From positions 5,544,360-5,608,359 of the forward strand of contig NW_003314261.1 in assembly GCF_000143415.4 (NCBI RefSeq): a stretch of 64,000 nt of DNA. Reading direction: 5' to 3'. The stretch is from Selaginella moellendorffii. Its lineage: Eukaryota > Plantae > Lycopodiophyta. Position numbers and translations under genes: made by a program. The notes beneath the pieces were generated by a model, which saw only the letters and a program-made list of their open reading frames with translations, did not search any database and had not been told where the DNA came from. Shown here piece after piece: positions 46,709 to 58,944 of this stretch (within the stretch, counting starts at the first letter, position 1; each line of letters begins with the position of its first letter).

Positions 46709-47773
46709 TGTAAGCGACTAAATTTTCCATTCTACTTTAGTCACTTAACCACACCTCTGACCACTTGGAGGAGTCTCATTCACAACCTCTTTAAGTCCAA
46801 TTTAGGACTTGGGACTTGCTAGTCCCGAGAATGGCATCCATGCCACTCAACTCCTACACTTGGTCCAAGTGCTCCATGTGTCCGATCCCATGACCGACAC
46901 CCAAGGTACCACTGACATACTGGCCCGTTACGCTAAGGCCATGCCCATTCACCTTGGTCACCCCGGTGATCCAACACCCCTTGCATCACAGTCCCGTCTC
47001 TCAAAGACTGGGCCATCTGTCCATGAGTGACCACCCTAGGTCCACTCCTTAGCATCCTTAAGATGCCCGCAGATATGGGGAACAGCCTTCCCCAATATCC
47101 CTTTGTCAGTTCCTACCAAGTCCCTTTTTTGTGCATGGCCATGTTCGCCGACACTGCCACTAGATCAAGGCCCACAGGCCCGACCACTAAGTCCCATGGT
47201 CCTCTGGGGCTTCCTCACCATGTGACTGTATCCTTAGTCACTACACTAGAGGACTACTCCTCCTCCTCTCCCTCATTTGGGACTCCAAGACAACATTTCG
47301 GAACACCGTGGGCCTACGTGAGCCCCATGGGTACTCTCCCCACCTTTTGCCTTTAGGTGCTCTAGCCATGGGCTTAGAGCGAGGTTCCGTTGAGCCACGC
47401 CTGGTATCCAAGTAGGTAGTGCCACCCACACTTGGACTAAGAGCATCGGCCAGTCGATCTCCTGAGGGAACTAGAGCCGGCTTTTGAACACTTCACCAAG
47501 CTACCCCGCTTGTCGGTCCATATTCACTCTAGTCTTGGACTTCCCAGTGTTCAGTTCATCACCCAACACTGGGTCTGGCCCTTCCTGGGCCAAACTGGCC
47601 TTTCCTGGCCAAACTGGCTCCACTACAGTCCTCCCCCTTACTATACTTTTGGAGCTCACCAAACCCCCCAGGGTCTGGGAGACAAACGCTTTGGGCTTTC
47701 ACCCTCTCAGACTCGGACTCGGACTCGGACTCGGGCTCGGTCTCGGCCTCCACCTCGGTCTCGGTCTCAGTCC

Positions 47774-47808
<35 letters not shown>

Positions 47809-48429
47809 CCGGTCTCGGTTCCGGTCTCGGTCCCGATCTTGGTCCCGGTCTCAGTCCCGGTCTCGGTCTTGACCTCGAACTCCATCTCGGGTCCTTCTCA
47901 GACTCCATCTCGGATTCCATCTCGGGTTCATCTCGGACTCCATCTCGGTCCATCTCGGACTCCATCTCGGACTCCGTCTCGAACTCCATCTCGGACTCCA
48001 TCTCAGACTCCACTTCGGACTTGATCTCGGACTCCACTTCGGACTCCATCTCGGACTCCATCTCGGACTCCACCTCGGACTCCATCTCGGACTCCGTCTC
48101 GGTCCATCTCGGACTCCATCTCGCACTCCACCTTGCACTCCACCTCGGACTCCACCTCGGACTCCATCTCGGACTCCAACTCGGGTCCATCTCGGACACT
48201 TCCACGTGTCATGTGTTGGTCCTTTTGGGTCCCTTTTTGGAGTCTCACTTATTGCTCCCTTCGTGCTTGTTCCTTGAGCACTTTGTTGGGAGTTCCACTC
48301 CCACTCTCGACCTTCCAAGTTGGAGCTTTTAGTCCAAACGTGTTACGCTCGTTTGGCTTTCGCTTCAGCCACTACCACGTGGCACCCTTTCTAGCTCCAC
48401 TTTGGGGCCTAGGGATTTTGTGTCTCACA
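46709..48429 (-). mobile_element. Young solo LTR (1721 bp) inserted in the chromodomain
   Basis: TG...CA ends, perfect TTTCC TSD (46704-46708 / 48430-48434); homologous to + strand LTRs at 50596 and 56575. Confidence 0.93.
47707..48197. repeat. LTR-internal satellite: hexamers (TCGGAC/TCGGTC) followed by 12-mers (CTCGGACTCCAT)
   Basis: Direct inspection; degenerate reverse copies at ~50840-51050 and ~56820-57120. Confidence 0.95.
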
Positions 48430-51400
48430 TTTCCATATTGCGAAGTAACATAGGAATCAGAGGGGAACTTAGCGAACACACAAGATCTAATCGAGGAATT
48501 TTTGCAAGGTAGAAATTTGTGGTTAGCCATTTCTCTTCTAATCCCCCTCCCCAGGTTAGACTAAACTTAAGGTTTGGCTACACTACTTGCAGGCACAAAC
48601 AACCAAGCATACCAAGCCTCCAAGTTCTTAACATCCCATGGTACAATAAGACTTTATTATGGGACCCTCTAAATCCCAAGTGCTCAAATGTACTTTAGAA
48701 ACATAAGTATAAATGGTTTATAAAAATGCGTGAAATCAAAGTAGCATACTAGAAGTGTGGCCTTAATGCTTGTTATGAGGCGAGGCTATCAAGGTTGGGG
48801 AAATAGTTTTCGAGTGTTTAAAGAGATGGCTTTGAACAAAAGTCAATGTTTTAGGACTTTCACATTTATATATAGAACCATATTATGTTGGTCAGATGAC
48901 TTGTTAAATGAGATTGGCAAATTGAAAGAACAAAACCCCTAGTTAAAGGCCTTGACTTCAAAAGGGGGTAGCCCATAGGGCCAAGCATAGAGCAGTCCAT
49001 ATATGATTATAGGCTGATCAATTAGTTTGTCAAGTGAGAAGATTTAGAAGCTTGGAGGAACTAAGTTCTTAAATTGTGATTCATAGCACACATTAGGTAT
49101 AAGTTAGTGTATCTACATAGGGAGTCACGTCAAACATCTTAAGTAATGTCATCCATAAATGCATATATGGAAGTTGGGTTTGAGTCCTAATCCTTTAATG
49201 CTTGGATTCAAGTCCTAATCTACTAGAGTGTGGTGATAATTTGGAATATGAGGATACTCATTTTTCAATGGTCATAAACTCTTAATAAGGAGGTTGGCTT
49301 GGCCACACTACCAAGTAAGGGATGCCCTAAAGTCGTGATGCACGGTTAAAATACTTAGTGTAAAAGCTTGGCATATTTAACTTAAACACTTTGGTGTAAT
49401 AAGATGTGTTGAATGAGATAGAGATACTTAATCATAGTTGCTATGAGCCTTTAGCTAAAAGGGTTAATTTGGGTGCACCGCCAAGTGTGAGGATGCCCCT
49501 GGGGTCATGGTTAACAACTTAAAGGTTTGGTAGACTTAATATCTAGCCTTTAGATACAAGGCTTTAACATGAGATCACTAAATGATTCTATGGCTAAATA
49601 AGGATAATCTCCTTGTTAGGTTAAGGAATAAGCTTCTTAATTCAAAGTGTTGATTTGAACTATTGATAATAGTGTGACTTAATCAAGGTGACCAAATGAG
49701 AAAAGCACTTAGGTGAAATAAACTATGAAATGCAATAGTATAATGAGTCTAAGAAAAGTAGTCTCTAAGGAAAGACTAAAGAAGGGTCAAAAGATTAGGC
49801 CAAGGATAGAACCTACAACAGAAAATGCTAAAAAGACTTATTAGGGATGAACACCTACTAGATTTGGCAAAACAGAGCTTTTAATATAGAATCAAAAAAA
49901 TACCTTAAAGATGAAAGTAGTGATCCTATGTTTTTTGGTGCAACAATCAAAGGATAGGAGCGAAATACTAATGGTCAATAATGGGTCTTAGAATTATTGG
50001 AAGGAATCTAGATTATAAATTAAGCAAGGAACTACCATATGGTGAATACTAATAGATTGTGGGAAAGGAAATATATTTCCAAGGATAGATTTCCCAAATA
50101 TTCTAGTATGGCAAAAGTGAAAGCTCCACGGTGACATGGAATAAAAGAGAGGATGATGGTGCTCTCAAGTGAAGAACTTTTTAAGATGAGGAAGTAGAGT
50201 TTACATAACATATGCAATGCAAGGTGTTGGAGACATTGAGGAAATTGACTCAAGAAATCAATATCAAAGTTTTAAAGTATGATAGTTATGTTGATAAAGG
50301 CCGAAACTACTCCAGAATGAATAGTAAAATTGAGATAGAGAAGGTGTCTCTAATAGGTTTAATAAGAGCTAAATAAACAAAGTAAGAGAACCAACACAAA
50401 TTATCTTATGAGTCTCTAAGATAGAAAGACTATACTCTCTAGAGGACAAGTAAGATATGGCGAGCCTTCAGTGGCAAACCTTGATAAATATTGATTTAGT
50501 GTCAAGGATGAAAATAGTAATTCATAAGGGGGTTACTTTATAAAATGGTTTATCATTCAATGAGGACATTGAACTTCATCTATGGATGGTGGAATTGTGA
50601 AACATAAATCCCTAAGCCACAAAGTGGGGCCAGAAGCGTGCCACATGGTAGTGGTCGAAGTAGAAGTCCAACGAGAATAACACATTTAGACCAAAAGTTC
50701 TGACTCAAAAAGTCGAGAGTGGGAGTGGAACTCTGAATAAATTACTTGAGGAATTAGCACGAAGCAATCGATGAATGAGTCTCTAGAAAGAGACACAAGA
50801 AGGATTGACTCATGACAAGTGTCACGACCAAATCCAATATGAAGTCCGAGATGGAGTTTGAGGAGTCTGAGATGGAATCCAAGAAGGAGTCTGAGAAGGA
50901 GTCTGAGATGGAGTTTGAAATGGGGACCAAGACTAGGACCAAAACTAGAACCAAGATCGAGACTGAGACCGAGACCGAGACTGAAACTGAGACCAAGATC
51001 GGGATTGAGTTTGAGTCCAAGTTTGAGTCTAAGTCCAAGTTTGAGGCTGAAAGCCCAAAGCAATCATCTTCTACACCCTGAGGGGGAATTTAGTGGAATT
51101 AGTTTGGCCATGAAAGGTTAGTGTGACTAAAGAAGACTATACTTATATGGTGGGTGATGATATAACCATTAAGGAGTGTAAGGCTAGAGTGAATATGGAC
51201 AGACAAGTGTGGTAACTTGGTAAAGTGTTCAAAAACTGACTCTAACTCCCTTGGAAGATTGAATGATAGATGCTCCCAATCCAAGTGTGGGTGGCACTAC
51301 TTGCTTGGATATTTAATATGACTTATCAAAACCTCGCTCTAGCCACATGGCTAGGGCACCTAGATGCAGAAGGTGGGGAAGTACCCATGATGCTCGCATT

Positions 51401-52111
51401 GGGCTGCGGTGTTTCGAAATGTCATCCCAAAGTCCTAGACTATGGAAAAGAAGAGAAGCAGTCCTTTTGTGTAGTTATTAAAGATATAGTCACGTGGCAA
51501 GGAAATCTCTAAGTGTTCAAAGAGATGGCTTTGAACTAAAGTCAAAAGTTAAGGATTTTCACATTTATGTATGAAACTATGTTATGTTAGTCAGATGACT
51601 TGCTAAGTGAGATTGGCAAGTCGGGGGAACAAAGACCCTAAATGAAGGTGTTGACTTAAAAAAGGGTGGCCTATGGGGCCAAGCATGGAAGAGTTCATCC
51701 ATGATCACAAACTTGTCAAGTGAAAGGACTTGATAGTTTGGAGGAATTAAGTTCCTAAATTGTGATTTGTAACACACTTTGGGTATAAATTGGTGCATTG
51801 GCATGGGGAGTCATGCTAAACATCTTGGGTGATGCCATCTGTAGATGCATATATGGAGGTTAGGGAGAATACCCATGAGGCTCGCATAGGGCTATAATGT
51901 TTCGAAATGTTATTCCAAAGTCCTAGACTGTGGAAAAGAAGAAAAATAATCCTCTTATGTAGTGACCAAAGATGTGGTCACATGGCAAGGAAGTCCCAAA
52001 AGTTAGTAGGACTTGGTGGTTGGGCTTTCAAACCCTAACCTAGTGGCAATGTTGGTGAACACAGCTGTGGATGGAGAAGGATTTAATGGGGACTAAAGAA
52101 GGGACATTAGG

Positions 52112-52273
52112 TGTAGTGCATGTGATCATGGGATGAGATTTGGATATACTGTCACCGTGGATCCTTGGAACCTTGGGAGATAAATGGGGATAAAATAGCC
52201 ACTAAGGGCTCTCTCATCAAGCAATTGCCCCTTTTCCAGTTGGCTTAAGGGGAGAGAGATAAGGTGCGCTACA
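52112..52273 (+). mobile_element. 162-bp mini solo LTR (TRIM-like), copy 1
   Basis: TG...CA, TTAGG TSD on both sides; strand assignment arbitrary. Confidence 0.88.
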
Positions 52274-53408
52274 TTAGGGAAGGGTGTTTCCTATGTCTTT
52301 GGGCATCCTAAGGGTGCTAAAGTGTGGTTAAAGTCATGGACAGGGGGTTAGTCTTTGAGAGACGGGATTGTGATGTAGGTGGTTTTAAACCACTAGTGTG
52401 ACAAAGNNNNNNNNNNNNNNNNNNNNNNNNNNNNNNNNNNNNNNNNNNNNNNNNNNNNNNNNNNNNNNNNNNNNNNNNNNNNNNNNNNNNNNNNNNNNNN
52501 NNNNNNCTTACCGGTACTTTCGATTATGACCGCAGCATGGCTTTAGTGTAATGGGTTGATATGTTGGTGGTACTTTGGGTGTTGATCATGGGATTGGACA
52601 CATGTGGATCAAATATAAAGGCTAAGTAGTATAAATGTCATTCACGAGGCTAGCATATCCCCAGGTTCTAAATAGAACTTATGGAGGTTGTGAGTGAAAC
52701 TCCTTCAAATGGTCAAAGGTGTGGTTAAGTAACTAAAGTAGAATAGAAAATTTAGTCTCTTACAATTTAGTATCGGAATTATTCCTTAATCTGACTCTTA
52801 TTGATGGTCAAGTATACTTACCCTCAAGGAGTAGCATGTCGAAAGGCATGACTCTCCACCTTAGTTCATATGTGAACATGTTGGTAATGTGGTGGATAGA
52901 AAGGGGCTAATTTAGATCTTGGGAACAATAGAAGATTTACCTTAGGGAGTTAAGGATGTGATCATATAAGCGTTGGACTTAACAAATTGACTAATGTGGT
53001 TGTGGTAAACAACTATAATTAAGATCACGGGAATGATAGAAACTCTTAGATGATAAAAGAGTCATAAGGTTATCCTCATGTAGTTGAGGATGGTGCTCAA
53101 GAAATTAAAACTGAAGTTAGTAATCGTAAAAGGTCAAATACAGATGAGGACACAAGTCCTTGAAATGGTAGCCCAAACTACCTCAAATAAATGCTAAAAC
53201 AACCTAAGGAGTTGGGGGTGTACTAAGAGGATGAGACGGTATTTTCATCACATGGATAGATTGTCCTAAGGGGCAAAAGTAGCTCATATAAAACAAAGAA
53301 TAACCAAGTGTTAGAATAACACTTGCAAAGATGGTCCTTGTGAGTAAAACATAAATACAAGAAGTTGTAATGCAATAAGATAACACCTTAAAAGTAGTCA
53401 TGAGGTTA

Positions 53409-53570
53409 TATAACGCACCTTATCTCTCTCTCCGTAAGCCAACTGGAAAAGGGGCAATTGCTTGATGAAAGAGCCCTTAGTAGCTATTTTATCCCCATTT
53501 ATCCCCCAAGGTTCCAAGGATTCACGGTGACAGTATATTCAAATCTCATTCCATGATCACATGCGTTACA
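53409..53570 (-). mobile_element. 162-bp mini solo LTR (TRIM-like), copy 2, inverted relative to copy 1
   Basis: Reverse complement of 52112-52273, with GGTTA TSD on both sides. Confidence 0.88.
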
Positions 53571-55110
53571 GGTTATAATATTACAGGTTGTCAATTTAGC
53601 AAAAGTCCAAAAAAAAGTTGAATAACTCAAGTGGAGTTAAGGAATGGTTCTGAAGGATTATTGAAAGCATGTGGATAGAAGTGTGCTGTACTCTACGAAG
53701 GCTGGGGAGGATCATAAAGAGGCCCATGCATAGCAATGTTAATTCTAGTGTATGGGATTACAAAATGAGTATATCTAGATTTCAAAACCACTCCCTAAAT
53801 CATTAAATAGGTTCATCTCTAAAAATACCTACTAAGGTATGGTAAAACTTGCAAAACTACCCTCCTAGTCAAGAAGAGAATAACTAAAGGGAAGGTGTAA
53901 GACCAAAAATAAATTGTAAAAGGATAAAACCGAATCATAGAAATCAAAGGGCATAGCTAAGGGTAGTTATGCAAATTAGGAGAGGAGAATTAAGTGAGTG
54001 CTCGAAAGTTTTACTATTAGCAACTGTGATGCTATGGAGAGTCCAATCATAGAATTGTCTATATTAGACTATATGACAATTAAAAGGTTTATAAAAAGAG
54101 AAGCCTTAGCAAGTTAAAGGACATAGTCCCTTCAAAGTTCCCAAAACCAATTCTAGGTAGGTTAGTACTTACAAAGACAAGTGTAAATGATTCATAGAAC
54201 GCGTTAAATTAGAGTGGCATAACAGAAGCATAGTCTTGAAGGTTGTTATAAGGAAAAGCTATCAAGATTGGGGAAGTAGTTCCCGAGTGTTCAAAGAGAT
54301 GGCTTTGAACAAAAGTCAATAGTTAAAAACTTTTATACTTATGTACGAGTGACTTACTAAATGTAAATCGGGGGAACAAAAACCCTAGTTGAAGGTGTTA
54401 ATTTCAAAAAGGGTGGTATGACTCGTCAAGTGAGAGGACTTAGTAGTTCGGAGGAATTATGTTCCTAAGCTGTAATCTGTAACATGCTTTGGGTATAAAT
54501 TGGTGCACCGGCGTGAGGAGTCACACCAGGCCTCCTGGGTGATGCCGTTCGTAGAAGCATATATGAAGGTTGGGTTTGAGTCCCAACCCTCTAATGTTGA
54601 GTTCAAAGTTGGGTTCGAGTCCCAACTCACTAGAGTCTAATGATGGTTTAGAATATGAGGACACTCATTTTTCGGTGGTCATGAACGGAGACTGGCTTGA
54701 GAACACCAGCAAGTGGGGGATGCCCTAGAGTCATGATACATGGTTAAATTGCTTAGTGTGAAAGCTTAACATATTTAATTTGAACACTTTGGTGCAAGTG
54801 GTATCAAAGACATGATGAATAAAATGGGGATACCAAGTCTCAGTTGCTATGGACCGCTAGTTGAAAGGGCTAACTTAGGTGCACCACCAAGTGTGGGGGT
54901 GCCCTCGGGGTCATGGTCAACAACTTAAAAGTTTGGAAGACCTAGTATCTATTGGCAAATTTTTTAATGTGTCAAGATGAAATCACTAGGTGATCTTAAA
55001 TAAGGATAAGGTCCTTGTTTAGTTAAAAAATAATGTTTCTAGTTCAAAGTGTTAATTTGAACTATTAATAATAGTGTGACTTAGTGGAGGTGACCAAGTG
55101 GGAAGGACAC

Positions 55111-55304
55111 TGTAAGCAACCAAAGGGAACGACTTGAGAGACGATCCATGGGGTTCAAATATAGAGGGAAAGGGCCCATGAACAAGAGTGCACCCCCTTT
55201 TCCAATCGATTAAGGGTCTTGGGATATTTGGGGTTAAGTGTCCTTGGGTTAGAATAGTACTGGGCTGGGTGACCTCCCGGGAAGTCCAAACTCAGGAACT
55301 TACA
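55111..55304 (+). mobile_element. 194-bp solo LTR carrying a 5S rRNA internal-promoter segment (Cassandra-like TRIM)
   Basis: TG...CA, GACAC TSD; GTTAAGTGTCCTTGGGTTAGAATAGTACTGGGCTGGGTGACCTCCCGGGAAGTCC matches the plant 5S A-box/IE/C-box region; empty site in the paralogue at ~49700. Confidence 0.88.
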
Positions 55305-55311
55305 GACACCT

Positions 55312-55770
55312 AAGGAAAATGAGTTGTGTCAATACAATGGCATAGTGAATCCAAGAAAGTAGTTTCTAGAAAAGACCCTTGGGAAGGTTATAAAGTTGGG
55401 TTATAGATAAAGCTCATAGTAGAAAATGCTAAAAAAATTTACTAAGAGTGAACACCCTTTAGATAAGGAAAATGAGTTGTGTCAATACAATGGCATAGTG
55501 AATCCAAGAAAGTAGTTTATAGAAAAGACTCATGGGAAGGTTATAAAGTTGGTTATAGATAGAGCTCATAGTAGAAAATGCTAAAAAAATTTATTAAGAG
55601 TGAACACCCTTTAGATTTGGCAAAGTAGAGTTGTGTCAATGCGATAGTATATTGAGTCTAAGAAAGTGGAAAGACCCATGGGAGTGTCATAAAGTTAGGC
55701 CGTGGATAGAGCCTATAATAGAAAATAATAAAAAGATTTACTAGGGATGAACACCCTTTGGACTTGGCAA
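55312..55770. repeat. ~153-bp tandem triplication within the retroelement internal region
   Basis: GAGTTGTGTCAAT...GAACACCCTTT occurs three times. Confidence 0.85.
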
Positions 55771-58700
55771 AGCAAAGCTTTTGCTATGGAACTGAAAGAA
55801 TACCTCGAAAATGGAAGTAGTGAGCTTAGTGCAATAATCAAAGGATATGAGCAAAAGACTAGTGCCAAGATTGGGCCATAGAAATCATTGGAAGGAATTT
55901 AAATGATAAAGTTAGGCAAGCAACACTCATGTGTTAGATGTTAACAGATTGTGGGAAAAGAAATATATTTCCAATGATGGATTTTCAAATGCTCTAATTT
56001 GGCAAAGGTGAAATCTTCAAAGGAGGGAATGGCAAGGAAGCCAAACGATAGGACTGTGGATAGCCCTAGCACAAATTATGGATAAATGGAACTTAGTGCC
56101 TAGAGTGGCATAAAATAGAAGAGAGGATGATGGTGCTCTCAAGTAAAAAATTTTCAAGGATGGGGAAGTGGAGTTTACACAATATGTGCAATGCAAGGTG
56201 TCGAAGACACCCAAGAAATTGACTTTGAGAAGTCAAAATTAAAAGTTCCAAAGTGTGATAGTTATATTGATAGAAGCTAAAACTACTCAGGAATGAGTAA
56301 TTAGATTGAGATAGAGAAGATGTCTTTAATAGGTTCAGCAAGAACTAAACCAAATAAAGGGAGAGAACCATTAAAAGTGGTCTAATAAGTCTCTAAATTG
56401 AAGAGACTATGCTCTTTAAAGGATAGGTAAGGCATGGTAAGCTTTAAATGTCAAACCAATGACAAATATTAACTTGGTGCTAAGGATGAAAAATGGTAAT
56501 CCATAATGAGGTTACTTTATAAAATGGTTTATTATTTGATGAGGATATCGAACTTTGTTTATAGGTAATAAAGTTGTGAGACACAAATCCCTAAGCCCCA
56601 AAGTGGAGCAAAAAGGGTACCATATAGTAGTGGTCAAAGGAGAAGTTCAACATAACATGTTTGGACCAAAAGCTCCAACTCAGAAAGTTGAAAGCGGGAG
56701 TGGGACTCCAAACAAAGTGTTCGAGGAATGAGCATGAAGCAATCAGTGAATGAGTCTCTAAAACGGGACACAAGAAGGATTGACACATGGCAAATGTCAT
56801 GACATATGGAAGTGTCAAGAACGAGTCTAAAAAGGAGTCTGAGAAGGAATCTGAGATGGAGTCCGATATGGACTTGAGATGGACTGAGATGGACTTGAGA
56901 TGGAGTCTAAAACAGAGTCCAAGATGGAGTATGAGATGAACCTGAGATGGAGTCCAAGATCGACCCGAGATGGAGTCTAAGGTCAAGTTCGAGATGGACT
57001 CGAGATGGAGTCCAAGGTTAAAGCTGAGAAAGAGATCAAGACTGAGATCAAGACAAAGACCAAGTCCGAGACCAAGTCCGAAACTGAGTTTAAGACTAAG
57101 TCCAAGTCTGAGTCCGAGGGTGAAAGCCCAAAGCAATTGTCTCCTAGACCCTATTGGGTCTGGTGAACTCCAAAAGTATAGTAGAGGGAGGACTCTAGTG
57201 AAGCTAGTTTAGCCAGAAAAGGATAATGTGACCAAGGAAGGTTATATCCATATGTTGGGTGATGATATATCCACTAAAGAGTTCAAGGCTAGAATGAATA
57301 CAAATAAACAAGCAGGGTAGCTTAGTGAAGTATTCAAGAGCTGATTCTAGCTCCCCCAGGAGATCAAAATAGTTGATGCTCCTAATCCAAGTGTGGGTGG
57401 CAATTTTTACTTGGATATCTAATGTGGCTCATTGAAACCTCGCTCTAGCCATATGGCTAGGGCATCTAAGGGTAAAAGGTGGGGAGAGTACCCACGAGGC
57501 TTGTGTAGGGCCATGGTGTTTTGAAATATTATCCCAAATTCCCAAACTTTGGAAAAGAAAAGGAATAATCCTCTTATATAGTAACTAAGGATATAGTCAC
57601 ATGGTGAGGAAGTTCCAAAGGTCAATAGGACTTAGTGGTCAGGCCTTTAAGCCTTGACCCAATGGCAATATAGGCGAGCATGATTGTGGATGGGGATTTG
57701 GTAAAAACTATAAAAAGGGATACTAAGGAAGGGTGTTCCTTATATCTTCATGCATTCTAAGGATGCTAAAGTGTGGTTATGGGATGACCATTCATTGATA
57801 GATAGCTTAGTCTTTGAGATATGGGTATGTGATGTAAGTGGTCTTGGACCACCAGAGTGATCAAGGTGAATGGGCATAACTTTAATATAATATGTTGAAA
57901 TATCAATAGTACCTTTGGGTGTTAGTTTTAAGATCAGACACGTGGAGCATTTGGACCAAGTAAGACTCCTCCAAGTGGTCAAAAGTGTGGTTAAATAACT
58001 AAAGTAGAATAGAAAATTTAGTCGGTTACATGTAGGTGGTCTTAGACCATCAATGTGACAAAGGTGAATGAACATGGCTTTAGCGTAATGGGTTGATATA
58101 TCAGTGGTATTTTTAAGTGTTGGTTATGGGATTTGACACATGGAGCACTTGGACCAAGTGCAAAGGCTAAATGGCATAGATGTCATTCATGGGGTTAATA
58201 TGTCCCTGAAGGCCTAAATAAAACTTATGAAGGTTGCAAATGAAACTCCTCCAAATTGTAAAAGGTATAGTTAATTGTAAAGTTGCTTTTATCTTTGACC
58301 TTTACCAAATATTAACTAAAAATCCATCAACTTTTCCTTTGTGGGGCTCTCTAGCTTTGTGGAAAGGGCAAAATCATTATATGGTAGGGTTTGGAGGGCG
58401 GCTGAGGTATTTTGACGCTCTTCTTGGTACTAAAGTTTACTAAGTCTACTTTAAAAACTCTTTAACTTATTCTTCCTCATTGATGTTTTTTTAAATGTGC
58501 CACTTGAATTTCCTCCAAAAGTCATTTTTTGCCCTCTATGAGTCAAATTCTCTCTTGCCAAGGCAACAGGATACTACTTCCCAATAATTTTAGACATCCA
58601 ATTCTGGAAAAGACTATAGATCTCTTTATATAATCACTCCCTACATAACAAAATCCTAGGATATATAATATTTTACTACCCTCTTATACCAAGTCAAGTT

Positions 58701-58944
58701 TGAATTGACCCATATTACCAATGTATATTCTCTAGTTGCACGGCAAGCTCCTCCAGGAATGTGGAAACACCAAGTCAATAGGAGTTCCAAGCAGAGATTT
58801 GAGGATTTAATAAGCTTCTTAGTTAGACACACACATAGTTCCCCCTGTGCCAAGGTTTGGACAGCACAAGCATGAAGAAACTGCGGCTTGAGAGGAGTGT
58901 GCTGGAGAAAAGCGAACACTTTTGCCTGAGTTTGCAAAAGTTTC

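Larger units (their letters stand above)
41794..48510 (+). mobile_element. Ty3/gypsy chromovirus internal region: gag, zinc knuckle, protease, RT, RNase H, integrase and chromodomain; degenerate
   Basis: CLNCGEVGHFSREYP; LIDTGT; RT 43994-44743 (MPFGLCNAPAT, VYIDNIFIYS); integrase 45457-46200; GPY motif; chromodomain EEYEVEVII..KWKEFP|YCEVT*ESEGNL. Confidence 0.93.
48780..58030 (+). mobile_element. Tandem, degenerate LTR element: partial internal region, LTR (50596-52764), internal region, LTR (56575-58030)
   Basis: Both LTRs run TGTGA...TTACA; PBS relic after 52764; 48780-50595 is paralogous to ~54260-56574; no intact pol. Confidence 0.8.

Noticed and set aside
47484-48453. RS-, GL- and SISD-repeat ORFs (also at 38.6, 50.7 and 56.6 kb)
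   Set aside because: Translations of LTR 6-mer and 12-mer satellites, open in several frames on both strands
55231-55287. 5S rRNA gene
   Set aside because: Only the internal ~55 nt is present, inside a TSD-flanked LTR
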